Shown here piece by piece: positions 8,477-18,386 of a stretch of 64,000 nt of DNA. Every line of letters begins with the position of its first letter. Position 1 is the first letter of the stretch. The notes under the pieces were generated by a model. It was not told the origin of the DNA, ran no database searches, and saw only the letters and a list, made by a program, of their open reading frames with translations. This stretch comes from an uncultured Synergistaceae bacterium (GTDB lineage Bacteria; Synergistota; Synergistia; Synergistales; Synergistaceae). The stretch is taken from assembly GCA_964522805.1 (NCBI GenBank), contig CAZFWP010000001.1:4474-68473 (forward strand), read 5' to 3'. The translations under genes were made by a program, and so were the position numbers.

Positions 8477-10428
8477 TGAAAATGGTCGCTTTGACCATGA
8501 TAGGTCCCGACTCGGAGATGGAACCGGTTGCACGCCAGATGGTACTGACCGGCGGTTTTCAGCCGCTGCCTCTTGATATTCTGGTAAACGACAGAAATCT
8601 TCGTTCACGGGTGACAACAGAGACAGAAAATCCTTACGACGAACTGCTCTCTAAAGTTACGACAGTGTGGAAAGTGGCTCAGGAGCTTATTCCCGATCCC
8701 TCACCTGTTACTATCACCAAGTCTTTTACTCTTACAAACGCACGTTATACGGTTGACAAAGCGTCTCGCCGCCTCGAAGTGTGGGAAAAACGCCGAAATG
8801 TACTGATGGAAGAGGAAGAGCTCCTCTCTGCCGCGAAGCTGTTTATCGAGGCTCTGAAGAACGCTGATTTCAGCCCCAAAGAATTAGCGGACGGCAAGTT
8901 CGTTCACACCTTTTTCGGACGTCTATCAAACGAAAATTATCAGAGGCTGATTGAGAGCGGTGAGGAATCACCGATAGCTATTAACGGCCTCACAGTTATC
9001 AACGGCAATACTTGGATAATGGCTATCACCGTCCCCGGTTATGAAGAGTCCACCAAGAAATTGCTGGATGCCGTCTATTTTAAAGAGTTCTCTCTCAAAG
9101 AGATTTCCGAACAGCTTGAGGGAGATGATCCTCTTCTTCTCATCAACAAGAGAATATCAAACCGCCAGAGGGCGATAAAGGGACTGGCAAGAGCCGCTAA
9201 AGAAATGCTGAAGGAGCACCGTTCCGAGTATGAACTGCTCTATTCACAGCTATATACAATGCAGCGTGTCTACGACGTCTGCAAGGGACGCGGTGAAGTG
9301 AGCGGCATGTTCCTCCTCTCAGGCTGGATTCCGGCAGACACTCTGGCTGGGATTTATAAAACTATCGAAGAAGAAGCTCCGATGACCACCGTAATGGTTG
9401 AAGATACCAAAGATATTACATATTCAGGTATCAGAGTTCCGACAATGCTCAAAAACAATCCTATGTTCAGAGCCTTCCAGGACATCGTGGCGATGTATAG
9501 CCTTCCCTCTTATGGAGAGATAGACCCATCACCGATTGTCGCTATTTCCTTCGTCCTCTTCTTCGGATTCATGTTCGGAGATATCGGGCACGGATTGATG
9601 ATCTTCTTGGGCGCCATGTTCTTGGTCAAAAACGGTATGATGAAGAAATCTTTCGGACAGGTTATAAAGTCAGCTGCAGTAAGCTCAATGGTCTTCGGCG
9701 CGCTTTACGGGAGTATCTTCGGCGTGGAGGATATTATTCCAGCGCTGTGGCTCTCACCGATGCACGATACCAACAGACTTTTGATTATCGCGATATGTCT
9801 TGGCGTGTTTATGATTAGTCTTGGACTGATATTAAACATGATCCAGCAGTACCGAAACAGGGACTTCGGACGATTGCTTTTTGACGGTCAGGGAATGGCG
9901 GGATTGTTCCTTTACTGGACAATGGCTGCTTTAGCCGCTATTTACATGACCGGCACAGAGATCTCCGACTTTGCGGCAAACATGATGTGGGCCGGCATTG
10001 GTCTGATGATGTTCCTTATGGTCTTCCGCGACATTCTGGCAAGATATCTGCTTCGTCAGAAGGGTGAGAGCGAATCTGTCGTTCTCAATGTATTTGAAAT
10101 TATGCACAACTTGATGTCTTTTGTCTCCAACACTGCCTCCTTTGTCAGGCTCGCGGCCTTCGCTCTTAACCATGTCGGACTTTCAATGGCTGTAATTATG
10201 CTCTCCGAAATGGTGCACTCTCTCCCTGGAGGCATAGTGATGAAGGGATTGATTTTAGTCTTAGGAAATATCGTAATAGTCTGCCTAGAAGGGTTAATAG
10301 TCTTCATACAGACCCTCAGGCTGGAGTACTACGAATTCTTCGGAAAGTTCTACAAGGGAGGTGGAAGCGCGTTCAAGCCTGTCGGCTGGAACAAGGAACT
10401 GGCACAAAAATCGGCAAGGGCCAGATAG
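8467..10428 (+). CDS. atpI: V-type ATP synthase subunit I (a-type stator/proton channel)
   Basis: 653 aa. Soluble N-terminal half plus a polytopic C-terminal half containing the conserved RLxAxxLxH-like helix (SFVRLAAFALNHVGL). Confidence 0.9.
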   Translation: MAVMKMVALTMIGPDSEMEPVARQMVLTGGFQPLPLDILVNDRNLRSRVTTETENPYDELLSKVTTVWKVAQELIPDPSPVTITKSFTLTNARYTVDKASRRLEVWEKRRNVLMEEEELLSAAKLFIEALKNADFSPKELADGKFVHTFFGRLSNENYQRLIESGEESPIAINGLTVINGNTWIMAITVPGYEESTKKLLDAVYFKEFSLKEISEQLEGDDPLLLINKRISNRQRAIKGLARAAKEMLKEHRSEYELLYSQLYTMQRVYDVCKGRGEVSGMFLLSGWIPADTLAGIYKTIEEEAPMTTVMVEDTKDITYSGIRVPTMLKNNPMFRAFQDIVAMYSLPSYGEIDPSPIVAISFVLFFGFMFGDIGHGLMIFLGAMFLVKNGMMKKSFGQVIKSAAVSSMVFGALYGSIFGVEDIIPALWLSPMHDTNRLLIIAICLGVFMISLGLILNMIQQYRNRDFGRLLFDGQGMAGLFLYWTMAALAAIYMTGTEISDFAANMMWAGIGLMMFLMVFRDILARYLLRQKGESESVVLNVFEIMHNLMSFVSNTASFVRLAAFALNHVGLSMAVIMLSEMVHSLPGGIVMKGLILVLGNIVIVCLEGLIVFIQTLRLEYYEFFGKFYKGGGSAFKPVGWNKELAQKSARAR

Positions 10429-10524
10429 GCACGGAGTGCTGCATCTTCACACAGGTTGAGTATTGGAAACACGGAAAACAAAAAAATATAATATTAAGAA
10501 GCTAATAAAAAGGAGTTGTTCAAT

Positions 10525-10941
10525 ATGTTCGGTTTGGCAATTTGCTGCGCAACAGTAGCAGCCATGATGGGTATCGGGTATTTAATGCAGCGCAAGGGGT
10601 ACAAGGGCAGCCGCGCAGTATATTCGGCCAGCCTTGGAATTTCCTCTTTCATGGTTTTCTCAGGGGCAGTGATAGCATTGACATCGCACCCCGCATTTGC
10701 TGAAGCGGCGGCAGCTCCCCTTGGAACAGGAGCAGGCATGGGCTTCATTGCGGCAGCTATTTCAACAGGACTCGCCTGCCTCGGAGCTGGGCTCGCAGTC
10801 GCCAGCGTCGGCTCAGCAGCTCTGGGACTTGTCGGAGAAAAACCCGAAATGCTCGGAACCACGCTTATCTACCTTGGGCTTTCAGAAGGTATCGCCATTT
10901 ACGGCGTTATCGTTTCCCTGCTTATCCTTGGCCGCCTTTAG
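10525..10941 (+). CDS. atpK: V-type ATP synthase proteolipid subunit K (c-ring)
   Basis: Gly/Ala-rich hairpin GLACLGAGLAVASVGSAALGLVGEKPE...LGLSEGIAIYG with the essential Glu. ATG 10525 lies 9 nt after AGGAG; the track's TTG 10516 abuts the SD. Confidence 0.85.
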   Translation: MFGLAICCATVAAMMGIGYLMQRKGYKGSRAVYSASLGISSFMVFSGAVIALTSHPAFAEAAAAPLGTGAGMGFIAAAISTGLACLGAGLAVASVGSAALGLVGEKPEMLGTTLIYLGLSEGIAIYGVIVSLLILGRL

Positions 10942-10959
10942 TGGAGACCAGAATCTGAA

Positions 10960-11268
10960 ATGAAAGCATACCTTGTGAGCGACAACCATGACTCGCTGGT
11001 CGGCATGAGACTGGCCGGTATTCCCGGTTGCCTTGTTCACACATCCGATGAGGCTTTCGCAGCCATAGATAACGCGATCAGAACTCCTGATCTCGCGATT
11101 CTGGCTATAACCGAAAAAGCAGCTGAGATGGCACCGGATATAATTCAGCAGCTCCGTGAACGCGGAGAACTGCCTCTTGTTGTCGAAATACCTGACAGAT
11201 TCGGTACAAAAAGGGGTTCTGATTTTCTGACCCGGTACGTACAGGAAGCCATTGGGGTGAAAATGTGA
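10960..11268 (+). CDS. atpF: V-type ATP synthase subunit F
   Basis: 102 aa. MKAYLVSDNHDSLVGMRLAGI is the typical subunit F start, and operon context agrees. Confidence 0.85.
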   Translation: MKAYLVSDNHDSLVGMRLAGIPGCLVHTSDEAFAAIDNAIRTPDLAILAITEKAAEMAPDIIQQLRERGELPLVVEIPDRFGTKRGSDFLTRYVQEAIGVKM

Positions 11269-11882
11269 TGAAGGAAGTTTCAAGCGAAAAAATAGGAACA
11301 CTGAGAGATATTATTCTCGACAAAGCCGACGGAGAAAAAAAATCTATAGTGGCATCCGCCCAGCGCGAAGCGGACGATTGGCTCGTAAAAGAAACAGAGA
11401 AATTACAGCGGGAAACAAATCTCATTCTTCAGGATTCGCGGAAACGCGCTGAAGATATCCGGCGCAGACAGATTCTCTCTGCCGAAAGAGAAAAAGCGAC
11501 AGAGACTCTTCGCCTTCAAAACCGCATTCTCTCTGACGCGCTCGGAAGATTACAGGACAGGCTTGTTCATTTAAGAGACAGGGACGACTATCTGGAGATC
11601 CTTACAGGAATGTGCCTTGAGGCTGTTTCATCGCTCAAAGGCGTCAGCTCGTTAAAATTCCGTCTCTCAGCTGTGGACCTTAGTCTCGCCGATAAAGTGA
11701 TAGCTAATATGCGCAGCGCCGCTTCGGATGTCGAGCTTACTTTCGATCCGGAACCGGCCCCCATACTCGGCGGATGCTGGGTATCAACAACAGATAATCG
11801 CAGGCAGGTCAATCTGGACTGGCAGAGTTTGACACAGGAGATGGCAGATACACTGGCTGAACGGCTCCTGCCTTTGCTTTAG
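11265..11882 (+). CDS. atpE: V-type ATP synthase subunit E
   Basis: 205 aa. Charged coiled-coil N-terminal half and globular C-terminus. Overlaps the subunit F stop. Confidence 0.8.
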   Translation: MMKEVSSEKIGTLRDIILDKADGEKKSIVASAQREADDWLVKETEKLQRETNLILQDSRKRAEDIRRRQILSAEREKATETLRLQNRILSDALGRLQDRLVHLRDRDDYLEILTGMCLEAVSSLKGVSSLKFRLSAVDLSLADKVIANMRSAASDVELTFDPEPAPILGGCWVSTTDNRRQVNLDWQSLTQEMADTLAERLLPLL

Positions 11883-11895
11883 GGAGGAATGAACT

Positions 11896-13701
11896 TTGGA
11901 GTCCCCAAATAATAACGCCCAGGTTCTCAAAGAGGGCATTGTCACCTTTGTCAACGGGCCTGTTATAAAAGCGATGAACATGCGTGATTTCGCGATGCGC
12001 GAGGTTGTGCATGTCGGGCCTAAGAAACTTATGGGCGAGATCATTAGCATGGACGGTGATAACGCCACAATTCAGGTCTATGAAGATACAGATGGTCTGA
12101 AGATTGACGAGAAAGTGCATGGCACGGGCGAGGCTTTGTCAATAGAGATTGGCCCCGGACTGATCGGCAGCTTCTTTGATGGTATCGGCCGCCCTCTTGA
12201 CGCTCTTCTCGAAGAAGAGGGAATGTATATCTCCCCCGGTACTTCGGTAAATATGATTAACAGAGAAAAGGTATGGGATGTCACCCCGGTAGCAAAAGCA
12301 GGCGACCTTATAACCCCCGGAATGGTGTTGGCCACCATTCAAGAAACACCGCTGCTGCTTCACAGGATAATGGCTCCTTTGGGCGTCGAGGGAGAAATCA
12401 CTTGGATAATTCCTGCCGGCAGACATAAGGGGTCAACTGACGTAGCAAAGGTGAAAGACGCCTTCGGACGCGAGGCATCTATCCCGATGATCCAGCGTTG
12501 GCCTGTCAGAACACCGAGGCCATACAGAGAACGTCTGCTGCCCAACGAACCTTTTGTCACAGGTCAGCGCGTCATTGATGGTTTGTTCCCCATTGCCAAG
12601 GGAGGCACCGCCTGCATACCCGGCGGATTCGGCACAGGCAAGACAGTAACCCAGCACCAGCTCGCCAAGTGGGGCGACGCACAGGTCGTTATTTACATTG
12701 GCTGCGGCGAGCGAGGCAATGAGATGACAGACGTGCTTGAGCAGTTCCCTGTATTGGAAGACCCCCGCTCCGGGCGCCCTCTGATGGAGCGGACAATATT
12801 GATAGCCAATACATCCAATATGCCTGTCGCAGCTCGTGAAGCCTCTATTTACACAGGTATCACCATTGCTGAGTACTTCCGCGATATGGGCTACGACGTC
12901 GCCATTATGGCCGACTCCACGTCACGTTGGGCAGAGGCTCTGCGCGAACTTTCCGGGCGTTTGGAAGAGATTCCGGCGGAAGAGGGCTTCCCCGCTTATC
13001 TGCCCAGCCGGCTTGCGGAATTTTATGAACGCGCTGGACGAGTGGTGACTCTCGGCGGAGAAAACGGCAGCGTCTCTGTAATCGGAGCAGTATCACCTCC
13101 AGGCGGAGACTTCACCGAGCCGGTAACCAGACATACAAAGAGATTTATTCGCTGCTTCTGGGGATTGGACAAAAACCTCGCCAACGCACGTCACTATCCG
13201 GCTATATCTTGGATCGACTCTTACAGCGAATATGCTGATGAGGTTAACGGTTGGTTCTGCACCAATGTAGACCCGCGCTGGGGAGATGTCAGAGATGAGG
13301 TCCGCCATATACTTGCTGAAGACACCAAAGTTCAGCAGGTCATTAAGCTAGTCGGCGAAGATGTTCTTCCTGACGACCAGAGACTGGTAGCCTTTACAGC
13401 ATTTCTGATTAAGAACGGATATTTGCAGCAAAACTCCTTTAACCAGGATTCGTATTCACCGCCGGCAAAGGGCTTTGAGATTTTGGATCTGATTCTTGAT
13501 TTTAACCACAAGGCAATGGAATTGATTCATAAGGGTATTCCTATTTCCCTTATTAAGGAAGATGAATCCATCGATGCGATCACACACCTTCGTGAGTTTG
13601 ACGCTGAGGACAAGAATGGATTTGATGATGTGCGCAAGCGTATTGACGCTCACTTAACAAGAGTCGCATCTGAACGCACCAGAAAGTTGGGAGGGAAATA
13701 G
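11896..13701 (+). CDS. atpA: V-type ATP synthase catalytic subunit A
   Basis: 601 aa. P-loop PGGFGTGKTV, the A-specific insertion, and GERGNEM are present. Confidence 0.95.
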   Translation: MESPNNNAQVLKEGIVTFVNGPVIKAMNMRDFAMREVVHVGPKKLMGEIISMDGDNATIQVYEDTDGLKIDEKVHGTGEALSIEIGPGLIGSFFDGIGRPLDALLEEEGMYISPGTSVNMINREKVWDVTPVAKAGDLITPGMVLATIQETPLLLHRIMAPLGVEGEITWIIPAGRHKGSTDVAKVKDAFGREASIPMIQRWPVRTPRPYRERLLPNEPFVTGQRVIDGLFPIAKGGTACIPGGFGTGKTVTQHQLAKWGDAQVVIYIGCGERGNEMTDVLEQFPVLEDPRSGRPLMERTILIANTSNMPVAAREASIYTGITIAEYFRDMGYDVAIMADSTSRWAEALRELSGRLEEIPAEEGFPAYLPSRLAEFYERAGRVVTLGGENGSVSVIGAVSPPGGDFTEPVTRHTKRFIRCFWGLDKNLANARHYPAISWIDSYSEYADEVNGWFCTNVDPRWGDVRDEVRHILAEDTKVQQVIKLVGEDVLPDDQRLVAFTAFLIKNGYLQQNSFNQDSYSPPAKGFEILDLILDFNHKAMELIHKGIPISLIKEDESIDAITHLREFDAEDKNGFDDVRKRIDAHLTRVASERTRKLGGK

Positions 13702-13704
13702 CCG

Positions 13705-15081
13705 ATGGCACAGCCTGAATATATAGGTGTTAAAGATATAGACGGCCCTTTTATTCTCTTAGAAAACGTCTCCGGTGTCGGCTATGGCGAACTTGTCAAC
13801 ATCAAAGACAGCAAGGGTAATATCCGCCACGGACAGGTAAAGTCTCTCAGCGAAAAAGCGACGCTGGTCCAGGTCTTCACCGGTACAGAAGACTTGGTTC
13901 CCAATACCACAAAGGTACGCTTTCTCGGCAAACCGCTTGAGGTGCACCTCTCAAAAAATATGCTCGGAAGAACTTTTAACGGCTTAGGGGAACCTCGGGA
14001 CGGCTGCGGTGAGATTTTCGGCGGCAAGAAGGTTAATATTAACGGACTGCCTCTTAACCCTATGGCACGCCAGTACCCGAAAGACTTTATTCACACCGGC
14101 ATTTCGGCTATTGACACACTGACGACTCTGATCCGTGGGCAGAAACTGCCGATATTCTCCGGCAACGGCCTGCCTCACAACCAGCTTGCGGTTCAAATAG
14201 CCACTCAGGCTAAAATTATGGGTTCTGAGGATTTCGCTGTCGTCTTCGCCGGCATCGGCATCAAGCATGATGACGCCGCCTACTTTACGCAGGAGCTTTC
14301 TTCGCGCGGACACAGCAACAACATCGTCACCTTCCTTAATCTAGCCGATGACCCTGTTATTGAGCGTATCGCCACACCGCGTATGGCTCTTTCAACAGCT
14401 GAGTATCTGGCATACGAACTGGGTCTTCACGTTCTGGTCGTCATTACAGACATGACAAGCTACTGCGAAGCTCTCCGCGAACTCGGAGTCGCGGCAGGCG
14501 AAGTTCCCAGCAGAAAGGGCTATCCCGCCTACCTCTACAGCGACTTAGCATCGCTCTATGAGCGAGCGGGAGTCGTTCGCGGAGTTGAGGGCAGCGTTAC
14601 TCAGATACCGATACTGACAATGCCCAATGACGACATAACGCACCCGATCCCTGACCTTACAGGTTTCATCACCGAAGGGCAGATAGTTCTTTCAAGAGAC
14701 CTTGACGCGAAAAACATTTATCCGCCGATTGACATTCTCACAAGCCTCTCCCGCCTGATGAAGGACGGCATCGGTAAGGGCTTCACACGTGAAGACCATC
14801 CCAGTGTATCCAGCCAGCTTTTCGCCTCCTACAGCCGTGTGCAGGAAGTCCGGTCCCTCGCCAGTGTTGTCGGTGAAGACGAGCTTTCTAAGAATGACAA
14901 GCTCTCTTTGGAATTCGGACACCTTTTTGAGGAGAAATTCCTTAAACAAGGCAAGGAAGACGACAGAGAAATCGGTTTCTCCTTGGATATGTCATGGGAT
15001 ATTCTCTCCTCCTTGCCGCGCAGCGAGCTGACACGTGTCTCACTAGCCGACATTCAGGAACATATTAAAAAAAGCGACTAG
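13705..15081 (+). CDS. atpB: V-type ATP synthase subunit B
   Basis: 458 aa. Typical B-subunit sequence ([10 protein letters not shown]..., [15 protein letters not shown]). Confidence 0.95.
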   Translation: MAQPEYIGVKDIDGPFILLENVSGVGYGELVNIKDSKGNIRHGQVKSLSEKATLVQVFTGTEDLVPNTTKVRFLGKPLEVHLSKNMLGRTFNGLGEPRDGCGEIFGGKKVNINGLPLNPMARQYPKDFIHTGISAIDTLTTLIRGQKLPIFSGNGLPHNQLAVQIATQAKIMGSEDFAVVFAGIGIKHDDAAYFTQELSSRGHSNNIVTFLNLADDPVIERIATPRMALSTAEYLAYELGLHVLVVITDMTSYCEALRELGVAAGEVPSRKGYPAYLYSDLASLYERAGVVRGVEGSVTQIPILTMPNDDITHPIPDLTGFITEGQIVLSRDLDAKNIYPPIDILTSLSRLMKDGIGKGFTREDHPSVSSQLFASYSRVQEVRSLASVVGEDELSKNDKLSLEFGHLFEEKFLKQGKEDDREIGFSLDMSWDILSSLPRSELTRVSLADIQEHIKKSD

Positions 15082-15102
15082 TCAAATCAGTAAACAAGAA
15101 AT

Positions 15103-15135
15103 GCCCGAAACCTAAACCGGTTTCGGGCGTTTCTG
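15103..15135 (+). terminator. Intrinsic terminator of the V-ATPase operon
   Basis: GCCCGAAACC (15103-15112), 6-nt loop, GGTTTCGGGC (15119-15128), followed by GTTTCTGTCTC. Confidence 0.7.
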
Positions 15136-15191
15136 TCTCTCATTATTTACACTCGCACTGCGGCTGACAAAACGCTGAACGCGAAATTGTT

Positions 15192-16130
15192 TTATACGAC
15201 GGTTTTTCCCTTAATCGATGAATACCAATATGCAAGGCCTTGTGAGTTCAGCCTGGTATCGACCTCTAAAAAATCATCAGTGTAGCTTATAGGGTCGACA
15301 ATCCCATATCTGCGGCACAAAGATATGTGCAGCAGGCGAATCTCCGTTTTTATTTTTTCATAGTCACCTTTACATTTTTCCGTTATTTCCAGGTATTCAG
15401 CCAAACGAAGGCGGAGCTGCCGAGCGCAGTCTTCAATGTTGAGCAGTTCTCCAAAGTGGGTCATCAATATTTTTTTGGGGTTCATAGCGCATATTTTATC
15501 AATGGAAGCTGCCATGTCCTCAGGGTCAAACTGCACAGGAGAGGTTGTCGGTATCAGCCATCTGCCCTTTTCCACCGTCATCTCAGGATATGAGATGCCG
15601 AAGGCGTCTCCAGAAAACAGCGCGCCGCAGCTTTGGTCGTAGTAGGCATTGTGATGCTTAGCGTGCCCTGGAGTCTCAACGGTGATAATTTTTTTCTTGC
15701 CGACAGTGAAGGTGTAGCCATCTTCGGCACTGATGATTCTTGCACTGTCAATAGGGAGAATTTCGCCATACATTCGCGCTGTTTCTTCTCTGCCGTAGAC
15801 CTCGCAAACGCCGGCTATCAGTTTTGATGGGTCTGCCATGTGCCTTGATCCGCGCGGGTGTACCACCAGTTTCGCCTGCGGGTAGTCTCTCATATAGCTC
15901 CCCGCTCCACCGGCGTGGTCGAGATGCACATGGGTGAGAGCGATAAACTCTACATTTTCACAGCTTATGCCCAGCTCATTCAGAGCAGCGTCCAAATATT
16001 CTTTAGAGGAATTGGTTGCAGTTTCAACGATACAAGCTTTGCCCTCACTGGAGATAATATAAATGCAAGCGTTGTTTTCTCTTTCGTAAAAGCTATCCAC
16101 ACAGTAGATTCCGTCTCCTAAAGATAACAA
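15192..16130 (-). CDS. MBL-fold metallo-hydrolase
   Basis: 312 aa with the HxHxDH motif (THVHLDHAGG) and downstream His/Asp ligands. Confidence 0.85.
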   Translation of the reverse strand: MLSLGDGIYCVDSFYERENNACIYIISSEGKACIVETATNSSKEYLDAALNELGISCENVEFIALTHVHLDHAGGAGSYMRDYPQAKLVVHPRGSRHMADPSKLIAGVCEVYGREETARMYGEILPIDSARIISAEDGYTFTVGKKKIITVETPGHAKHHNAYYDQSCGALFSGDAFGISYPEMTVEKGRWLIPTTSPVQFDPEDMAASIDKICAMNPKKILMTHFGELLNIEDCARQLRLRLAEYLEITEKCKGDYEKIKTEIRLLHISLCRRYGIVDPISYTDDFLEVDTRLNSQGLAYWYSSIKGKTVV

Positions 16131-16301
16131 AATTTCAGCCCCCTCTAATAACTTCTCTGATTATTAAGCTGGTTATGGTGCTTTTTCTCCTTATAAAAGC
16201 CGCTTTTTTCGAACTTGCGATATTCAGCTCGCCGTCAAAACAACGCAGCATATGGAATGCAATCTTACGCCGCGGCACTACTCGTTCCTCTTTGGGAGGG
16301 T

Positions 16302-16739
16302 TTAGAGCTGAGAGGTGCAGTGCGGACAGCGTGTGGCGTTGTCATCAATCTCCGAGCAACAAAATTGGCATTTGCGCTTTGGGGCGGCTGCAGGTTCTTC
16401 TTTTTTGGGCATCACTTTCGCAACCGCCTTGACAATCATAAATATGGCAAAAGCTTGAATTATAAAGTTTATTACCGCATTGATAAAGTTGCCGTAAGCG
16501 ATAACAGGCAGGCCCGCTGCCTGGGCTTCAGCAAGGGTTTTCACCTCTGTGCCGGAAAGATTGATGTAAAGGTTTGAGAAGTCAACACCGCCAAGCATCA
16601 TTCCCACAGGCGGCATAATTATGTCGGTAACCAGCGAAGCCGCAATCTTACCGAAAGCAGCACCGATAATAACGCCGACTGCCATGTCCAAAACATTTCC
16701 GCGCATGGCAAATTTTTTAAAATCTTCAAGCAATGACAT
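16302..16739 (-). CDS. mscL: Large-conductance mechanosensitive channel MscL with a C-terminal CxxC...CxxC zinc-ribbon tail
   Basis: [31 protein letters not shown]...IMPPVG is the MscL signature. The tail reads [25 protein letters not shown]. The likely start is the Met at 16739; the track begins 6 codons earlier. Confidence 0.9.
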   Translation of the reverse strand: MSLLEDFKKFAMRGNVLDMAVGVIIGAAFGKIAASLVTDIIMPPVGMMLGGVDFSNLYINLSGTEVKTLAEAQAAGLPVIAYGNFINAVINFIIQAFAIFMIVKAVAKVMPKKEEPAAAPKRKCQFCCSEIDDNATRCPHCTSQL

Positions 16740-16808
16740 CATCAATTGTTCCCCCACAGTCTGAGTAGTTAATTCTTGTACAATTTGTATATTATACTGC
16801 CTCTTAGC

Positions 16809-17606
16809 TTAATCCCAAGATAGCTTCGGCACCGCATCCAGAAGCGAGCAGGTATAGGGATTTTGCGGGTGACTGAGCACCTCAGCTGCAACGCCCTCTT
16901 CGCAAACCATCCCATCCTTCATTACCGCTATTTTGGCTGCGGCACGTCCCGCCAGCAAGAGGTCATGAGTAACAAAGATTAGAGACATGCCCAATTTGGT
17001 GCGACGTTCGAGAACTTCGATGATTTCTCCTCTGGTGGAAACATCTTGCATCGAGGTCGGCTCATCGCATAAGAGCAGTTTGGGCGAGAGCATCAACGCT
17101 CTGGCTATTTCTACCCTCTGTCTTTGACCGCCTGAGAGGCTAACGGCGCGTGATGCCAAAATTCTCTCGTCCTTAAGTCCCAATTCAGCAAGCAGCCCCG
17201 CCGCCCGCTCCGCACGCTCGGACTTTGTCAGAGGCGAAGCGGCTATTATGGCCGGTTCTATGACGGATTCCATCACCGTAAGCCCGGGCGGTATCGCACC
17301 ATAAGGGTCTTGGGGAATGTAGCCGCACATTCTGCGAAGACGGTTAAAATTCTCCGCGGGCAATTTTCCTGTATCCGTACCTAACAGAAAGATAGTACCG
17401 GACTCTCGGGGCACAAGCCCCATAACAGCGCGCATTAAGGTCGTTTTACCGCTGCCCGATTCGCCTACGACCGCAATTGAGTCGCCGCGGTGAAGTTGCA
17501 GCGATACGTCGTTGACAGCTTTATGAGGAAGTCCTTTTTTTGATGTGAAGGAGACTGTTACTTTGTCTATTTTCAGTATCAAATCATTTTCCGCCGTATT
17601 GATCAT
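16809..17606 (-). CDS. ABC transporter ATP-binding protein (peptide/nickel/opine family, short form)
   Basis: Walker A GESGSGKTT, signature LSGGQRQR, Walker B LLLCDEPTS. Confidence 0.9.
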   Translation of the reverse strand: MINTAENDLILKIDKVTVSFTSKKGLPHKAVNDVSLQLHRGDSIAVVGESGSGKTTLMRAVMGLVPRESGTIFLLGTDTGKLPAENFNRLRRMCGYIPQDPYGAIPPGLTVMESVIEPAIIAASPLTKSERAERAAGLLAELGLKDERILASRAVSLSGGQRQRVEIARALMLSPKLLLCDEPTSMQDVSTRGEIIEVLERRTKLGMSLIFVTHDLLLAGRAAAKIAVMKDGMVCEEGVAAEVLSHPQNPYTCSLLDAVPKLSWD

Positions 17607-17615
17607 CTACACCTC

Positions 17616-18386
17616 CTACAGCATTGCCTTAACAAGTGACGCCGTGTAGCTGCGGCGCGGGCTTTCTATTATTTGCCTAGGTGTTCCCGACTCAACCAAT
17701 TGTCCATCCTTCATAACCAAGAGATTATCGCACACTGAAGCCGCCATCGGCAGATCGTGAGTAACCAGTAAGATAGTCAGCCCCTTTTCTTGGCGCAAAC
17801 GGGCTAAGAGCTTAAGGATACCGGCTTGAGTAACCACATCGAGAGCTGTTGTCGGCTCGTCGGCAAACAGCATCGTAGGAGAGCAGGCAAGAGCCAAAGC
17901 TATCGCAGCCCGCTGTTTTTGTCCTCCTGAAAGTTCATGTGGGTAACGCCCGGCCAAATCTTTAGGCAGACCTACCTCCTCCAGCAAAGAAGAAATCTTT
18001 GCCGCTGCCGCCGCTTTTTTGATGCCAAGGTGTATATCGAGAACTTCGGCGATATGGCGCCCAATTGTTAGTACGGGCGTGAAGGAGTTCAGCGCCCCTT
18101 GAGGAACGAGAGCCAGTTCTTTCCAGCGATGGCGGCGAATGACGCTATCTTCCATCGCCGCTAGGTTTTCACCGCGCCAAAGGATCTCTCCGTAGATAGA
18201 GCTCCCCTGAGGCAGCAGTCCCAAAGAGGCAGAGATGATTGTGCTTTTACCGCTTCCCGACTCGCCGACAAGAGCGGAAAAAGAGCCTCTAAAGAGGGCA
18301 AAGGAGACGTCACTAACTGCCTCTGAGGGAGAATCTTTATAACGAACGCGAAGGTTTCTCACTTCAAACACTTTTGCCGCCCCCAA
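17616..18386 (-). CDS. ABC transporter ATP-binding protein (peptide/nickel/opine family, short form)
   Basis: Walker A GESGSGKST, signature LSGGQKQR, Walker B MLFADEPTT. Confidence 0.9.
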   Translation of the reverse strand: MGAAKVFEVRNLRVRYKDSPSEAVSDVSFALFRGSFSALVGESGSGKSTIISASLGLLPQGSSIYGEILWRGENLAAMEDSVIRRHRWKELALVPQGALNSFTPVLTIGRHIAEVLDIHLGIKKAAAAAKISSLLEEVGLPKDLAGRYPHELSGGQKQRAAIALALACSPTMLFADEPTTALDVVTQAGILKLLARLRQEKGLTILLVTHDLPMAASVCDNLLVMKDGQLVESGTPRQIIESPRRSYTASLVKAML

